Assembly (NCBI GenBank): GCA_965243205.1
Contig: CBDEUK010000002.1
Coordinates: 1,536,001 to 1,600,000, forward strand
Direction of reading: 5' to 3'
Source of the DNA: Gammaproteobacteria bacterium
Lineage (GTDB): Bacteria > Pseudomonadota > Gammaproteobacteria > Eutrophobiales > Eutrophobiaceae
DNA: 64,000 bases
Positions 47,011 to 56,616 of the stretch are shown one piece after another. Position 1 is the first letter of the stretch. Every line of letters begins with the position of its first letter. Both the position numbers and the translations under genes were made by a program. The notes beneath the pieces are model-generated. The model had not been told where the DNA came from and ran no database searches. It worked only from the letters and a program-made list of their open reading frames with translations.

Positions 47011-48420
47011 TTAAGGCTCTTCTATTGATAAACGTTGTAAACGACTATAAAGCGTCGTTCGATTCACACCTAATAACCTCGCAGCTTTACTTAAATTACC
47101 TTCTGCTTTTTTTAAAGCTAATTTTATATACCTTACTTCCCACTGATCTAATGTCCTGTCAAGATTAAAATGATCACCAAACAACTCTTGTTCTAACACT
47201 TGATCATTTATTAGGGTTATATCACCTATACTATCAGCATCAATACTGGTTTCTAATTCATCATTTAATTGTTGCAATGTCACTTCTTGTGATGGGTACT
47301 TCGCACCCAAACGAATCACTATATTACGTAATTCTCGTACATTTCCAGGAAAAAAATACTGTTTAAATCGTTCTTTTGCATATTTATCAAGCATGAAAGA
47401 TTGTTTACCAGAAGCATATAATCTACAAAAATGTTCTAGTAAAATAAAACAATCATCGCCGCGTTGTCTTAACGGCGGCACATGAATCGTTAATACGCTG
47501 AGTCTATGGAATAAATCCTTACGAAAGCGGCCTTGTCTAACTTCTTCCCTTAAATCACGATTGGTAGCAGCAATAATTCGCGCATTTGAAAATTGCGCTG
47601 TAGTTTCACCAATTGGATGATACTCTCCACTTTCCAAGACTCTCAGTAATTTTGATTGTAAGTCTAATGGCAACTCACCAACTTCATCTAAGAATAAACA
47701 ACCATCGTTTGCTTCGTGAAAGAAACCACTTTTATTTTCAGTAGCACCTGTAAACGAACCTTTTTTATGGCCAAACAATTGCGACTCAAGTAATTCTGAA
47801 GTAAAAGCGGCACAATTCACCGTCATATACTTACCATTACTTCTTGAGCTTAGTTTATATAATTGTTCAGCGACTAATTCTTTACCACTACCTGACTCAC
47901 CTTCTACTAAAACCGGAAACGGTTGTTCCGCAAATTGATCTATCAAACTTTTTAAGGTTTGAATAACTTGGCTTTCACCGAGAATAGGCTGGCTAACATC
48001 AGCTTCGGCAATATCTTCAGCACCTAAAATCATAACCTGATGATTTAATCGAGCTTGCAGTAACTCTAAATCACAAGGTTTTGGGATGAAATCAACAGCA
48101 CCTAATGTCAAAGCGTGTTGAATGTTTTGTTGTTCATTCTGTCCTGATAAAACCAAGGTTTTTATCTTACGATTAAAACCTAATAAATCTTTTATCAAAG
48201 AAAAACCTTCTTCTGGGCTGTGGGGTTTTGGCGGCAAACCCAAATCAACTAATGCTATATTAGGTTTGTGCTTAATTTTTTGCAGTTGAGTTTTTGCTTG
48301 GTCACGAGTCGATGCAGTAATCAATTCGTATTCGTCTTCAAGCAGCATAGCTAATGAATCCAAAATTAATGGATCATCATCAACTAATAACAAACTGTGT
48401 TTTTGAGATGGTTTTGACAT
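47011..48420 (-). CDS. sigma54-dependent response regulator (NtrC family, PrsR-like receiver)
   Basis: REC with VDLGLPP..EEG; GESGSGKE; GSFTGA; LFLDEVGE; FPGNVREL; Fis-type HTH. Confidence 0.93.
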   Translation of the reverse strand: MSKPSQKHSLLLVDDDPLILDSLAMLLEDEYELITASTRDQAKTQLQKIKHKPNIALVDLGLPPKPHSPEEGFSLIKDLLGFNRKIKTLVLSGQNEQQNIQHALTLGAVDFIPKPCDLELLQARLNHQVMILGAEDIAEADVSQPILGESQVIQTLKSLIDQFAEQPFPVLVEGESGSGKELVAEQLYKLSSRSNGKYMTVNCAAFTSELLESQLFGHKKGSFTGATENKSGFFHEANDGCLFLDEVGELPLDLQSKLLRVLESGEYHPIGETTAQFSNARIIAATNRDLREEVRQGRFRKDLFHRLSVLTIHVPPLRQRGDDCFILLEHFCRLYASGKQSFMLDKYAKERFKQYFFPGNVRELRNIVIRLGAKYPSQEVTLQQLNDELETSIDADSIGDITLINDQVLEQELFGDHFNLDRTLDQWEVRYIKLALKKAEGNLSKAARLLGVNRTTLYSRLQRLSIEEP

Positions 48421-48538
48421 GATCAGTCTTAGTGAGTAATTAAGACAACCTCCAAGCATGCAATCATGTCAAAATACAACGAAGCAGATGTGTCCGCAAG
48501 CTTTTGATGGGAAAGTAAAAAGCTTATGTTTTAATAAA

Positions 48539-49396
48539 CTAGCTATTGCCTAAACCTAGATTCTCACAAATGGCTTCTGATGCGTCTGCTTGATTCATAC
48601 TGTAAATATGAATACCCGGAGCGCCTTGCTCTAATAAGTTTTCACAAAGTTTAGTAGTTACTTCGATACCGAACTCACGAATCGCATTTCGATCATCCCC
48701 GAAATCCCGTAATCGTTTTAAGATCCAGCGCGGTATATCAGCGCCACAACCTTCAGAAAAACGTACTAACTGAGTACATGTTATGATTGGCATAACACCA
48801 GGTACAATTGGGATATCAATACCCATTTTTTCGCAATCATCAACGAAACGATAATACGCTTCAGCATTGTAAAAATACTGTGTGATTGCAGAATTTGCTC
48901 CTGCATCCACTTTCTTTTTAAAGTTTTCTAAGTCTTCTTTAGCTGTACTTGCTTGTGGGTGAAACTCAGGATAACAAGCTACACTGATATGAAAATGATC
49001 ACCTGTTTCTTGTCGAATGAATTCGACTAATTCATTCGCATAACGTAATGATCCCATACCAACTAAACCTGAAGGCAAATCACCACGTAAAGCAACAACT
49101 TGATTAATTCCGCTATCGATATAAGTATCAAGCACAGCTTTAATATCTTCTGCATTCGAACCGATACACGATAAATGTGGTACCCCTGAGATACCCGTTT
49201 TCTCCCGAATATCAACAACTGTCTCTAATGTTCTTTCACGTGTGCTACCACCTGCACCAAAAGTCACTGAGAAAAAGCTTGGATTTAATTTAGCCAAGCG
49301 TTCTTGGGTCATTTGCAATTTGCCTACGGCTTCGGGATTGCGTGGGGGAAAAAATTCAAAACTGAGTTCTTGTGGATGTTTCTTTTGAGATTCCAT
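48539..49396 (-). CDS. metF: methylenetetrahydrofolate reductase
   Basis: Motifs SFEFFPP, SVTFGAGGSTR, ALRGDLP and AITQYFY; ATG at 49396. Confidence 0.97.
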   Translation of the reverse strand: MESQKKHPQELSFEFFPPRNPEAVGKLQMTQERLAKLNPSFFSVTFGAGGSTRERTLETVVDIREKTGISGVPHLSCIGSNAEDIKAVLDTYIDSGINQVVALRGDLPSGLVGMGSLRYANELVEFIRQETGDHFHISVACYPEFHPQASTAKEDLENFKKKVDAGANSAITQYFYNAEAYYRFVDDCEKMGIDIPIVPGVMPIITCTQLVRFSEGCGADIPRWILKRLRDFGDDRNAIREFGIEVTTKLCENLLEQGAPGIHIYSMNQADASEAICENLGLGNS

Positions 49397-49431
49397 AGCA
49401 TTTAAACCTTTATCGTTAAACAATCACCAAC

Positions 49432-49458
49432 CTTAAGTTCTGTCTATAAGAACTTAAG
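49432..49458 (-). other. intercistronic stem-loop between ahcY and metF
   Basis: CTTAAGTTCT-N7-AGAACTTAAG forms a perfect 10-bp stem, extendable by G-U pairs on the minus strand; there is no U-tract. Confidence 0.55.
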
Positions 49459-49487
49459 ATCGGCAATTTTATAAAAAATATTAATAA

Positions 49488-50903
49488 TTAATAACGATAG
49501 TGATTTGGCTTATAAGGTCCTTCAACAGAAACGTTGATATAGTCTGCCTGTTCTTGTGAAAGAACCGTTAATTTCGCACCAATTCTATCCAAGTGTAACC
49601 GCGCTACTTTTTCATCAAGATGCTTAGGAAGCACATAAACATCGTTCTCGTATTTATCACCCTGACTCCATAATTCGATTTGCGCTAAAACTTGGTTAGT
49701 AAATGAGTTAGACATAACAAAACTAGGATGACCAGTTGCACAACCTAAGTTAACCAAACGACCTTCAGCCAACATGATAATGCGTTTACCATCAGGGAAT
49801 ACGATGTGATCAACTTGTGGTTTAATATTTTCCCATTTCACGTCTTTAAGACCAGCAATGTCAATTTCATTATCAAAATGACCAATATTACAAACAATCG
49901 CTTCGTTCTTCATGGCAGCCATATGCTCAGGCGTAATGATGTTAAAGTTACCAGTAGTCGTCACGAAGATATCTGCTTCACTTACAACATCATCCATTCT
50001 GACTACTCTATAACCTTCCATCGCTGCTTGTAATGCGCAGATAGGATCGATTTCAGTTACCCAAACCGTCGCGCCTAAACCGCGTAATGATTGTGCCGAA
50101 CCTTTACCTACATCACCATAACCTGCAACAACAGCTACCTTACCTGCGATCATTACGTCCGTTGCACGCTTGATACCATCGACCAATGACTCACGACAAC
50201 CATAAAGGTTATCGAATTTAGATTTAGTCACTGAATCATTAACGTTAATTGCTGGAAAAGTTAAATCTCCACTTTTAACCATTTGATATAAACGGTTTAC
50301 GCCAGTTGTGGTTTCTTCAGTCACACCTTGAATATTCTTCAATGTTGTTGAATAAAAATCAGGGGTTTCTTTTAAGGTTTCTTTTATCTTGGCAAATAAA
50401 ACTGTTTCTTCTTCTGAACCAGGATTATCTAATACCGAAAGATCTTTCTCCGCTTTGCTTCCTAAAATAAGTAATGTTGTAGCGTCACCACCATCATCCA
50501 AAATCATATTTGGTGTAGAACCATCATGCCATTTCATAATTCGATGAGTGAAATCCCAATACTCTTCCAAGCTCTCGCCTTTATAAGCAAAAACTGGAAT
50601 ACCTTGATCGGCGATTGCTGCTGCAGCGTGATCCTGCGTGGAGAAAATATTACATGAAACCCAACGAACCTCTGCGCCTAAAGCAACTAAGGTCTCGATA
50701 AGAACTGCGGTTTGAATGGTCATATGTAATGACCCAGCGATTTTCGCACCTTTTAATGGTTGTGAATCTTTGTATTCTTCGCGAATTGATACCAAACCTG
50801 GCATTTCGGTTTCAGCGATACGGATTTCTTTGTGGCCCCATGAAGCCAATGACATGTCAGCGACATGATAGTCAGAACTGAGAGTAGAAGCTGCTACGCT
50901 CAT
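49488..50903 (-). CDS. ahcY: adenosylhomocysteinase
   Basis: Motifs [39 protein letters not shown] and NLGCATGHP; ATG at 50903 follows GGAGG. Confidence 0.99.
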   Translation of the reverse strand: MSVAASTLSSDYHVADMSLASWGHKEIRIAETEMPGLVSIREEYKDSQPLKGAKIAGSLHMTIQTAVLIETLVALGAEVRWVSCNIFSTQDHAAAAIADQGIPVFAYKGESLEEYWDFTHRIMKWHDGSTPNMILDDGGDATTLLILGSKAEKDLSVLDNPGSEEETVLFAKIKETLKETPDFYSTTLKNIQGVTEETTTGVNRLYQMVKSGDLTFPAINVNDSVTKSKFDNLYGCRESLVDGIKRATDVMIAGKVAVVAGYGDVGKGSAQSLRGLGATVWVTEIDPICALQAAMEGYRVVRMDDVVSEADIFVTTTGNFNIITPEHMAAMKNEAIVCNIGHFDNEIDIAGLKDVKWENIKPQVDHIVFPDGKRIIMLAEGRLVNLGCATGHPSFVMSNSFTNQVLAQIELWSQGDKYENDVYVLPKHLDEKVARLHLDRIGAKLTVLSQEQADYINVSVEGPYKPNHYRY

Positions 50904-50929
50904 GTTGTTCACCTCCAAACAATATAAGC

Positions 50930-51027
50930 GAGCGCCGTTGTGAATCTTGCCCCTTTACTGAGCCTGGCGGGTAATCCAAAATAATTTTGGCAGAATATTT
51001 TCTGGCCCGTCGCAGCGCTCCTCAGTA
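50930..51027 (-). ncRNA. SAH riboswitch
   Basis: Minus strand reads TACTGAGGAGCGCTGCGACGGG...CCCGCCAGGCTCAGTA...CAACGGCGCTC, matching the SAH aptamer P1/P2/P4 pseudoknot; directly upstream of ahcY. Confidence 0.93.
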
Positions 51028-51050
51028 CTGAGGTTTATCAAGAGAGCGCG

Positions 51051-51079
51051 AGTATAGTACGGAAATTCGCGATATTCAA
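51051..51079 (-). promoter_or_regulatory. sigma70 promoter for the riboswitch-ahcY-metF transcript
   Basis: TTGAAT-17 bp-TATACT. Confidence 0.75.
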
Positions 51080-51139
51080 AGGCTTGTTATCGGAAAAAAA
51101 TATAATTGTCTTTAACAAAAAATTACAGAACGTTAAGTC

Positions 51140-51173
51140 AAAATAATAAACGCGACCGAAGTCGCGTTTATTA
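51140..51173 (-). terminator. rho-independent terminator of metK
   Basis: TAATAAACGCGAC-TTCG-GTCGCGTTTATTA then TTTT; cUUCGg tetraloop. Confidence 0.88.
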
Positions 51174-51194
51174 ATTATCAAAATGAATTAATAC

Positions 51195-52355
51195 TTAAAG
51201 CGCTGACTTTAATGCGTCTGCTTTATCTGTACGTTCCCAAGGTAAATCCACATCGGTACGGCCAAAGTGCCCGTAAGCTGCCGTAGCTTTATATATAGGA
51301 CGTAATAAATCTAGCATTTGGATTATACCTTTAGGACGTAAATCAAAATGTTCGCGCACTAATTCGGTTAACTTTGCTTCATCTACTTTACCTGTACCAA
51401 AAGTTTCAACCGTAATTGATGTAGGTTCAGCAACACCGATCGCATAAGAAACTTGTAACTCACAACGTTCTGCTAAACCAGCCGCTACAATATTCTTCGC
51501 AACATAACGTGCTGCATAAGCCGCTGAGCGATCTACTTTTGAAGGATCTTTTCCAGAGAAAGCACCGCCACCATGACGTGCCATACCACCGTAAGTATCA
51601 ACAATGATCTTACGGCCGGTTAAACCACAATCACCCACAGGGCCGCCAATCACAAAACGACCTGTAGGATTAACAAGATAACGCGTTTTATCTGTAATCA
51701 TATTGGCAGGAAGCACAGGCTTAATAACTTCCTCAATAACAGCTTCCACTAAATCTTCATGTTTTATATCTTCATCGTGTTGCGTAGATAAAACCACAGT
51801 ATCAATCGCTACGGGTTTATTATCTTCATAAACAAACGTTAATTGTGATTTTGCATCTGGTCGTAACCAAGCAAGCTGCCCATTTTTACGTACTTCAGAT
51901 TGTTTCTTCACAAGTTTGTGTGCATATGAAATTGGAGCTGGCATTAATTCATCCGTTTCATTACATGCAAAACCAAACATCAAACCTTGGTCGCCAGCAC
52001 CTTGGTTTAAATCAATACCTTCACCTTCATTAACACCTTGAGCAATATCCGCAGACTGCTCATCCATTGAAACGATAATGGCACAAGTGTCTGCATCGAA
52101 ACCCATTTCAGACGAGGTGTATCCGATTTCACGGATGGTATCCCGAGCGGTATTAGTAAAATCAATTTGTGCTGAAGTGGTGATTTCACCCGAAAGCACG
52201 ACCATTCCAGTATTTACTAAAGTTTCACAGGCTACGCGTGCAGCTGGATCTTGAGCAAAAATAGCATCAATGATGGAATCTGAAACTTGATCGGCGACTT
52301 TGTCTGGGTGACCTTCTGATACCGATTCAGAAGTGAATAAAAAATTGCTGGCCAT
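51195..52355 (-). CDS. metK: S-adenosylmethionine synthase
   Basis: Motifs [19 protein letters not shown] and [16 protein letters not shown]; ATG at 52355. Confidence 0.99.
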   Translation of the reverse strand: MASNFLFTSESVSEGHPDKVADQVSDSIIDAIFAQDPAARVACETLVNTGMVVLSGEITTSAQIDFTNTARDTIREIGYTSSEMGFDADTCAIIVSMDEQSADIAQGVNEGEGIDLNQGAGDQGLMFGFACNETDELMPAPISYAHKLVKKQSEVRKNGQLAWLRPDAKSQLTFVYEDNKPVAIDTVVLSTQHDEDIKHEDLVEAVIEEVIKPVLPANMITDKTRYLVNPTGRFVIGGPVGDCGLTGRKIIVDTYGGMARHGGGAFSGKDPSKVDRSAAYAARYVAKNIVAAGLAERCELQVSYAIGVAEPTSITVETFGTGKVDEAKLTELVREHFDLRPKGIIQMLDLLRPIYKATAAYGHFGRTDVDLPWERTDKADALKSAL

Positions 52356-52493
52356 AATTAAACCTTTAAAAGATGTTTGAGTAATTCGAAAGGCGGCGAT
52401 TGTAACGAAGATTATCAAGAATTCCTATCATTTAGCGCTTACAATACATTCTTATGATTTATAATTAATCAAACTCTTCATAGGAAAGTAAGT

Positions 52494-53051
52494 ATGGCAT
52501 TAATGGAAACCCCTATATGTAATTTTGGCGAAAGAGCCTATGATTTCACTTTAAAAAACGTTGATAGCTCACTCATGAGTCTCGAACAATGTCGTGGTGA
52601 AAATGGAACCGTGATTATGTTCATCTCCAATCATTGCCCTTATGTAAAAGCTATTCAAACTACGTTAGTCTCTGATGCAAATAAACTTTCGGAAATTGGG
52701 GTCAATTGTGTTGCTATCATGCCAAATGATATCGTTAATTATCCTGAAGATTCTTTCGAAAACATGCAACGAGTTGCTCAAGAATGGGAATACCCATTTC
52801 CTTACTTAATCGATGAAACACAAGAAGTTGCACGCCAATACGATGCTAAGTGCACGCCTGATTTTTTTGGCTACAACCGTGATTTAGAACTTCAATACCG
52901 TGGCCGACTAAATTCAATAACACCTTCAAATACAGCGCCTGAAACTATTGGGCAAGACTTAGTCGATGCCATGAGGCAAGTTGCTGAAACAGGCAAAGGT
53001 CCTACACAACAAATACCGAGCATGGGTTGTTCCATTAAATGGCGGAATTAA
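52494..53051 (+). CDS. thioredoxin-like AhpC/TSA family protein
   Basis: Motifs MFISNHCPYV, YPEDSFENM, CTPDFF and PSMGCSIKW. Confidence 0.9.
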   Translation: MALMETPICNFGERAYDFTLKNVDSSLMSLEQCRGENGTVIMFISNHCPYVKAIQTTLVSDANKLSEIGVNCVAIMPNDIVNYPEDSFENMQRVAQEWEYPFPYLIDETQEVARQYDAKCTPDFFGYNRDLELQYRGRLNSITPSNTAPETIGQDLVDAMRQVAETGKGPTQQIPSMGCSIKWRN

Positions 53052-53060
53052 CTGTTAACT

Positions 53061-53942
53061 TTAAGATAGTGATGAAAGCTCAATAAAACTTTCTATAAAA
53101 TATATCGCTTTATCTGTTTTTTTCATACCGGCATACAAAGATTTTTGTATGCCATTCTTACCTAACCGAACCAATGTAATTGGTAACGCTTCGAGATAAT
53201 CTTGCGCTAACCACTTTGGCAACACACATATACCTCGATTAAACCCGACTAGCTGTAACATAATCTCAATAGATTCAATCTGCTTATGCTCTCGTACTTC
53301 ACAATTTGCAGGAATTAAAAATTGAGCAAAGATATCTAATCTCTCTACTGCCACAGGAAATGTGAAAAGAGTTTGATCATGCAACATGTGAGGCTTAACA
53401 ATTTTATTGTCAGCCAATACATTACTTTTATTTACAACTAAGACCGTTTCATAATCGAACAAAGAAACATAATGCAAACTCTTATCTTTGATCGGATCTG
53501 GAGTTATCAATAAGTCAATATGGCCATTCGATAAAGCATTAAGTCCACTAAACTGAAACTTAGTCACGATGTCCACATCAACGTCTGGGTATCGATGAAG
53601 AAACTTTATAATTGCTTTAGATAACCAGGTGTAACATGGATAACATTCGACACCAATCCTGAGCATTCCTTGTTTGCCTTCGCCATATGCTTTTAAAGTC
53701 TGTTCTGCCTTATTGATAGTTGGTAATACAGTTTGTGCTAAATGTAATACCAGTTCACCGCTTTGCGTTAATCTCAATTGCCTGCCTTCTTTCTTCCATA
53801 AAGAAGTACCTAGTTTTTCTTCCAAATTTTTCATTTGGTGTGAAAGAGCTGATTGCGTCAAATAAAGCGAGTTAGCCGCTTCAGTTAACGTACCGTACTC
53901 ATGCAAAGCATTAATGATACTAAGATGTATTCGCTCAATCAT
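53061..53942 (-). CDS. metR: LysR-family regulator MetR
   Basis: HTH LTQSALSHQ and GMLRIGVECYPCYTWL; divergent from metE. Confidence 0.9.
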   Translation of the reverse strand: MIERIHLSIINALHEYGTLTEAANSLYLTQSALSHQMKNLEEKLGTSLWKKEGRQLRLTQSGELVLHLAQTVLPTINKAEQTLKAYGEGKQGMLRIGVECYPCYTWLSKAIIKFLHRYPDVDVDIVTKFQFSGLNALSNGHIDLLITPDPIKDKSLHYVSLFDYETVLVVNKSNVLADNKIVKPHMLHDQTLFTFPVAVERLDIFAQFLIPANCEVREHKQIESIEIMLQLVGFNRGICVLPKWLAQDYLEALPITLVRLGKNGIQKSLYAGMKKTDKAIYFIESFIELSSLS

Positions 53943-53948
53943 TTATAT

Positions 53949-53963
53949 ATGAACATTTCTCAT
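53949..53963. promoter_or_regulatory. MetR binding site
   Basis: ATGAACATTTCTCAT, a T-N11-A dyad with one mismatch to TGAA-N5-TTCA, in the metR-metE intergenic region. Confidence 0.7.
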
Positions 53964-54047
53964 AAATATTAAATTATATATCATTATTTTTCATGATAAT
54001 AGCTGGATAAACTGCGCGGCCTAATTAACAAACCTAAGGAGACGGTA

Positions 54048-56330
54048 ATGGCCGTTATTCATAATCTAGGCTTTCCACGTATAGGAAAACATCGAGAATT
54101 AAAATTTGCATTAGAACAATATTGGGCAGAACAACTGGATCAAACATCCTTGTTTGCAAAAGCAACAAAGCTACGTGAGGAGCATTGGCGCTTACAATCA
54201 GATTTAACCATGCAAACCGTTGGAGATTTTTCGTTTTATGATCAAGTGCTTGATACGAGTGAATTAGTCGGGAATATTCCTCCACGCTTTCAACAAGAAA
54301 ATAGTATTAGCGGACTCGATAATTATTTTCTCGTTGCAAGAGGTCGATCAACGTCATCGAGCCCTTCTTCACATGCCAGTGAAATGACAAAGTGGTTCGA
54401 TACCAATTACCACTACATCGTGCCTGAGTTTGATTGCAATACGCAATTCAGTTTGCATGCGGAAAACTTGTTGCAACAAATAAAAGAAGCAAAGTCTCTT
54501 GGTTATAAGATCAAGCCCGTTATGATTGGACCTGTTTCGTACTTATGGTTAGGAAAGTCAAAAGACTCAACCAACAAACTTGAGTTGTTAGAGAGCTTAT
54601 TACCTGTATACCTAGAATTATTAAATCAATTACATGCAGAAAATATTGAGTGGGTTCAAATCGATGAACCAGCTTTGGTCATGAATTTATCGCGTGAATG
54701 GATCAATGCCTATGAACATGCTTATTTTGTTTTAAAATCTGCGTTGCCAAAAATTTTATTAACAACCTACTTTGGACCATTAAAAGGAAACTTACGTTTA
54801 GCATGTGAACTACCCATTGATGGGTTACACATTGATGCCATCAATGCCAAACAGGAAGTTGAACAAATAATCGATTGGCTACCTCAACATAAAGTGCTTT
54901 CACTCGGTGTGATTGATGGCAGAAATATTTGGAAAAGTGATCTAAACCAATTATTGGATTGGTTAGAACCATTGTTTGAAAAACGTAAAGATAAACTATG
55001 GCTAGCACCTTCTTGCTCATTACTCCACGTACCTATCGAACTAAAAGATGAGACAAAAATAGATCCCGAAATTTCGTCGTGGATGGCATTCGCAATAGAA
55101 AAAATTCAAGAACTGAACATATTATCTTTAGCATTAACAAAGGGACGTGAATATGTAAAAGATGCATTAACTACCAATAGAGTCGCTATTGATAATAGAA
55201 AAAACTCTAACAAAGCACATAACCCTGATTTGCAACAAAGGCTAAATGAAATATCGGACGATATGACAAAACGTAAGAGTTCACATAAACAAAGGGCAGC
55301 TCTTCATAAGCAACGTTTAAATTTACCGTTATTTCCAACCACAACGATAGGTTCATTTCCACAAACCTCAGAGATTAGAAAAACTCGTAATGATTATCGC
55401 TCAGGAGAAATAACTCGAACTGCTTATGAAAAATTTATACAGGATACGATTGAATATCTGATCCGCGAACAAGAAGCCTATGATTTAGATGTTCTTGTTC
55501 ATGGAGAGCCAGAACGAAATGATATGGTGGAATATTTCTCTGAACACTTAGAAGGCTGCTTATCTACACAAGCTGGCTGGGTACAATCCTATGGTTCCCG
55601 TTGTGTAAAACCTCCCATTATCTATGGCGATATTGAACGCCCTAAGGCCATGACAGTAGACTGGATAAACTACGCTCAATCACTGACAGACAAACCTGTT
55701 AAAGGCATGTTAACTGGACCAACAACCATTCTAAATTGGTCATTTGTTCGTGATGATCAACCCTTGGCTGATACTTGCATACAACTTGCCTTAGCGATTC
55801 GGGATGAAGTATTGGATTTAGAAAAATCAGGCATCAACATTATTCAAATCGATGAAGCAGCTTTAAGAGAAGGTTTGCCGCTACGTAAAGAAGATTGGGA
55901 AGACTATCTATCATGGGCAATTAAATCATTTCGCCTAGCAGCGAATGGTGTTAGCGATGAAACGCAAATCCATACCCACATGTGCTATTCAGAATTTAAC
56001 GATATTATTCACGCAATTGCCGACATGGATGCGGATGTCATCACCATAGAAAACTCTCGGTCAGATATGGAGCTATTAGAAGCATTTGTGGATTTCGACT
56101 ACCCTAATCAAATTGGCCCGGGCGTCTATGATATTCATTCGCCAAATGTGCCTGAAATCCAAAATATTATCGATAGCATGAAAAAAGCTACACAACATAT
56201 TCCAATTGAAAATTTATGGTTGAACCCTGACTGCGGATTAAAAACTCGCTCTTGGGAAGAAGTCAAACCTGCATTGATGAACATGGTGGAAGCCGGGAAA
56301 CAATTACGTAGTGCTCACGGTCAGTCTTAA
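54048..56330 (+). CDS. metE: cobalamin-independent methionine synthase
   Basis: Motifs [35 protein letters not shown] and NPDCGLKTR. Confidence 0.99.
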   Translation: MAVIHNLGFPRIGKHRELKFALEQYWAEQLDQTSLFAKATKLREEHWRLQSDLTMQTVGDFSFYDQVLDTSELVGNIPPRFQQENSISGLDNYFLVARGRSTSSSPSSHASEMTKWFDTNYHYIVPEFDCNTQFSLHAENLLQQIKEAKSLGYKIKPVMIGPVSYLWLGKSKDSTNKLELLESLLPVYLELLNQLHAENIEWVQIDEPALVMNLSREWINAYEHAYFVLKSALPKILLTTYFGPLKGNLRLACELPIDGLHIDAINAKQEVEQIIDWLPQHKVLSLGVIDGRNIWKSDLNQLLDWLEPLFEKRKDKLWLAPSCSLLHVPIELKDETKIDPEISSWMAFAIEKIQELNILSLALTKGREYVKDALTTNRVAIDNRKNSNKAHNPDLQQRLNEISDDMTKRKSSHKQRAALHKQRLNLPLFPTTTIGSFPQTSEIRKTRNDYRSGEITRTAYEKFIQDTIEYLIREQEAYDLDVLVHGEPERNDMVEYFSEHLEGCLSTQAGWVQSYGSRCVKPPIIYGDIERPKAMTVDWINYAQSLTDKPVKGMLTGPTTILNWSFVRDDQPLADTCIQLALAIRDEVLDLEKSGINIIQIDEAALREGLPLRKEDWEDYLSWAIKSFRLAANGVSDETQIHTHMCYSEFNDIIHAIADMDADVITIENSRSDMELLEAFVDFDYPNQIGPGVYDIHSPNVPEIQNIIDSMKKATQHIPIENLWLNPDCGLKTRSWEEVKPALMNMVEAGKQLRSAHGQS

Positions 56331-56350
56331 AAATCATTTATGCAAAACTG

Positions 56351-56390
56351 AATATGGCTGAATCATGCCACATTGATTCAGCCATATTTG
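56351..56390 (+). terminator. hairpin/terminator after metE
   Basis: Perfect 15-bp inverted repeat AATATGGCTGAATCA-N8-TGATTCAGCCATATT. Confidence 0.65.
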
Positions 56391-56462
56391 ATAAAAATAC
56401 AGAAATTCAGCTAAAAAAAAGCGATTTGTAGCGAAAATCCACAATACCATGCCTAAATTTAC

Positions 56463-56491
56463 TTGCTCATAACAACCTAGTAATAGAGAAT
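56463..56491 (+). promoter_or_regulatory. sigma70 promoter of the tkt-gap-pgk-pyk operon
   Basis: TTGCTC-17 bp-GAGAAT followed by the discriminator ACGCCC. Confidence 0.55.
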
Positions 56492-56616
56492 ACGCCCTTC
56501 TTTTTATAAGTCCGGATCTCACCAGTATTAACTTCAACTGGTATTCCTGAGCAGCAACAAAATCCCATCAAAGAGGATTCTCAGGAATCAATGCCGACAA
56601 CTATCAATGGTACAAA

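Noticed and set aside
56334-56537. 67-aa minus-strand ORF between metE and tkt
   Set aside because: It overlaps the terminator and promoter elements and shows no coding signature.
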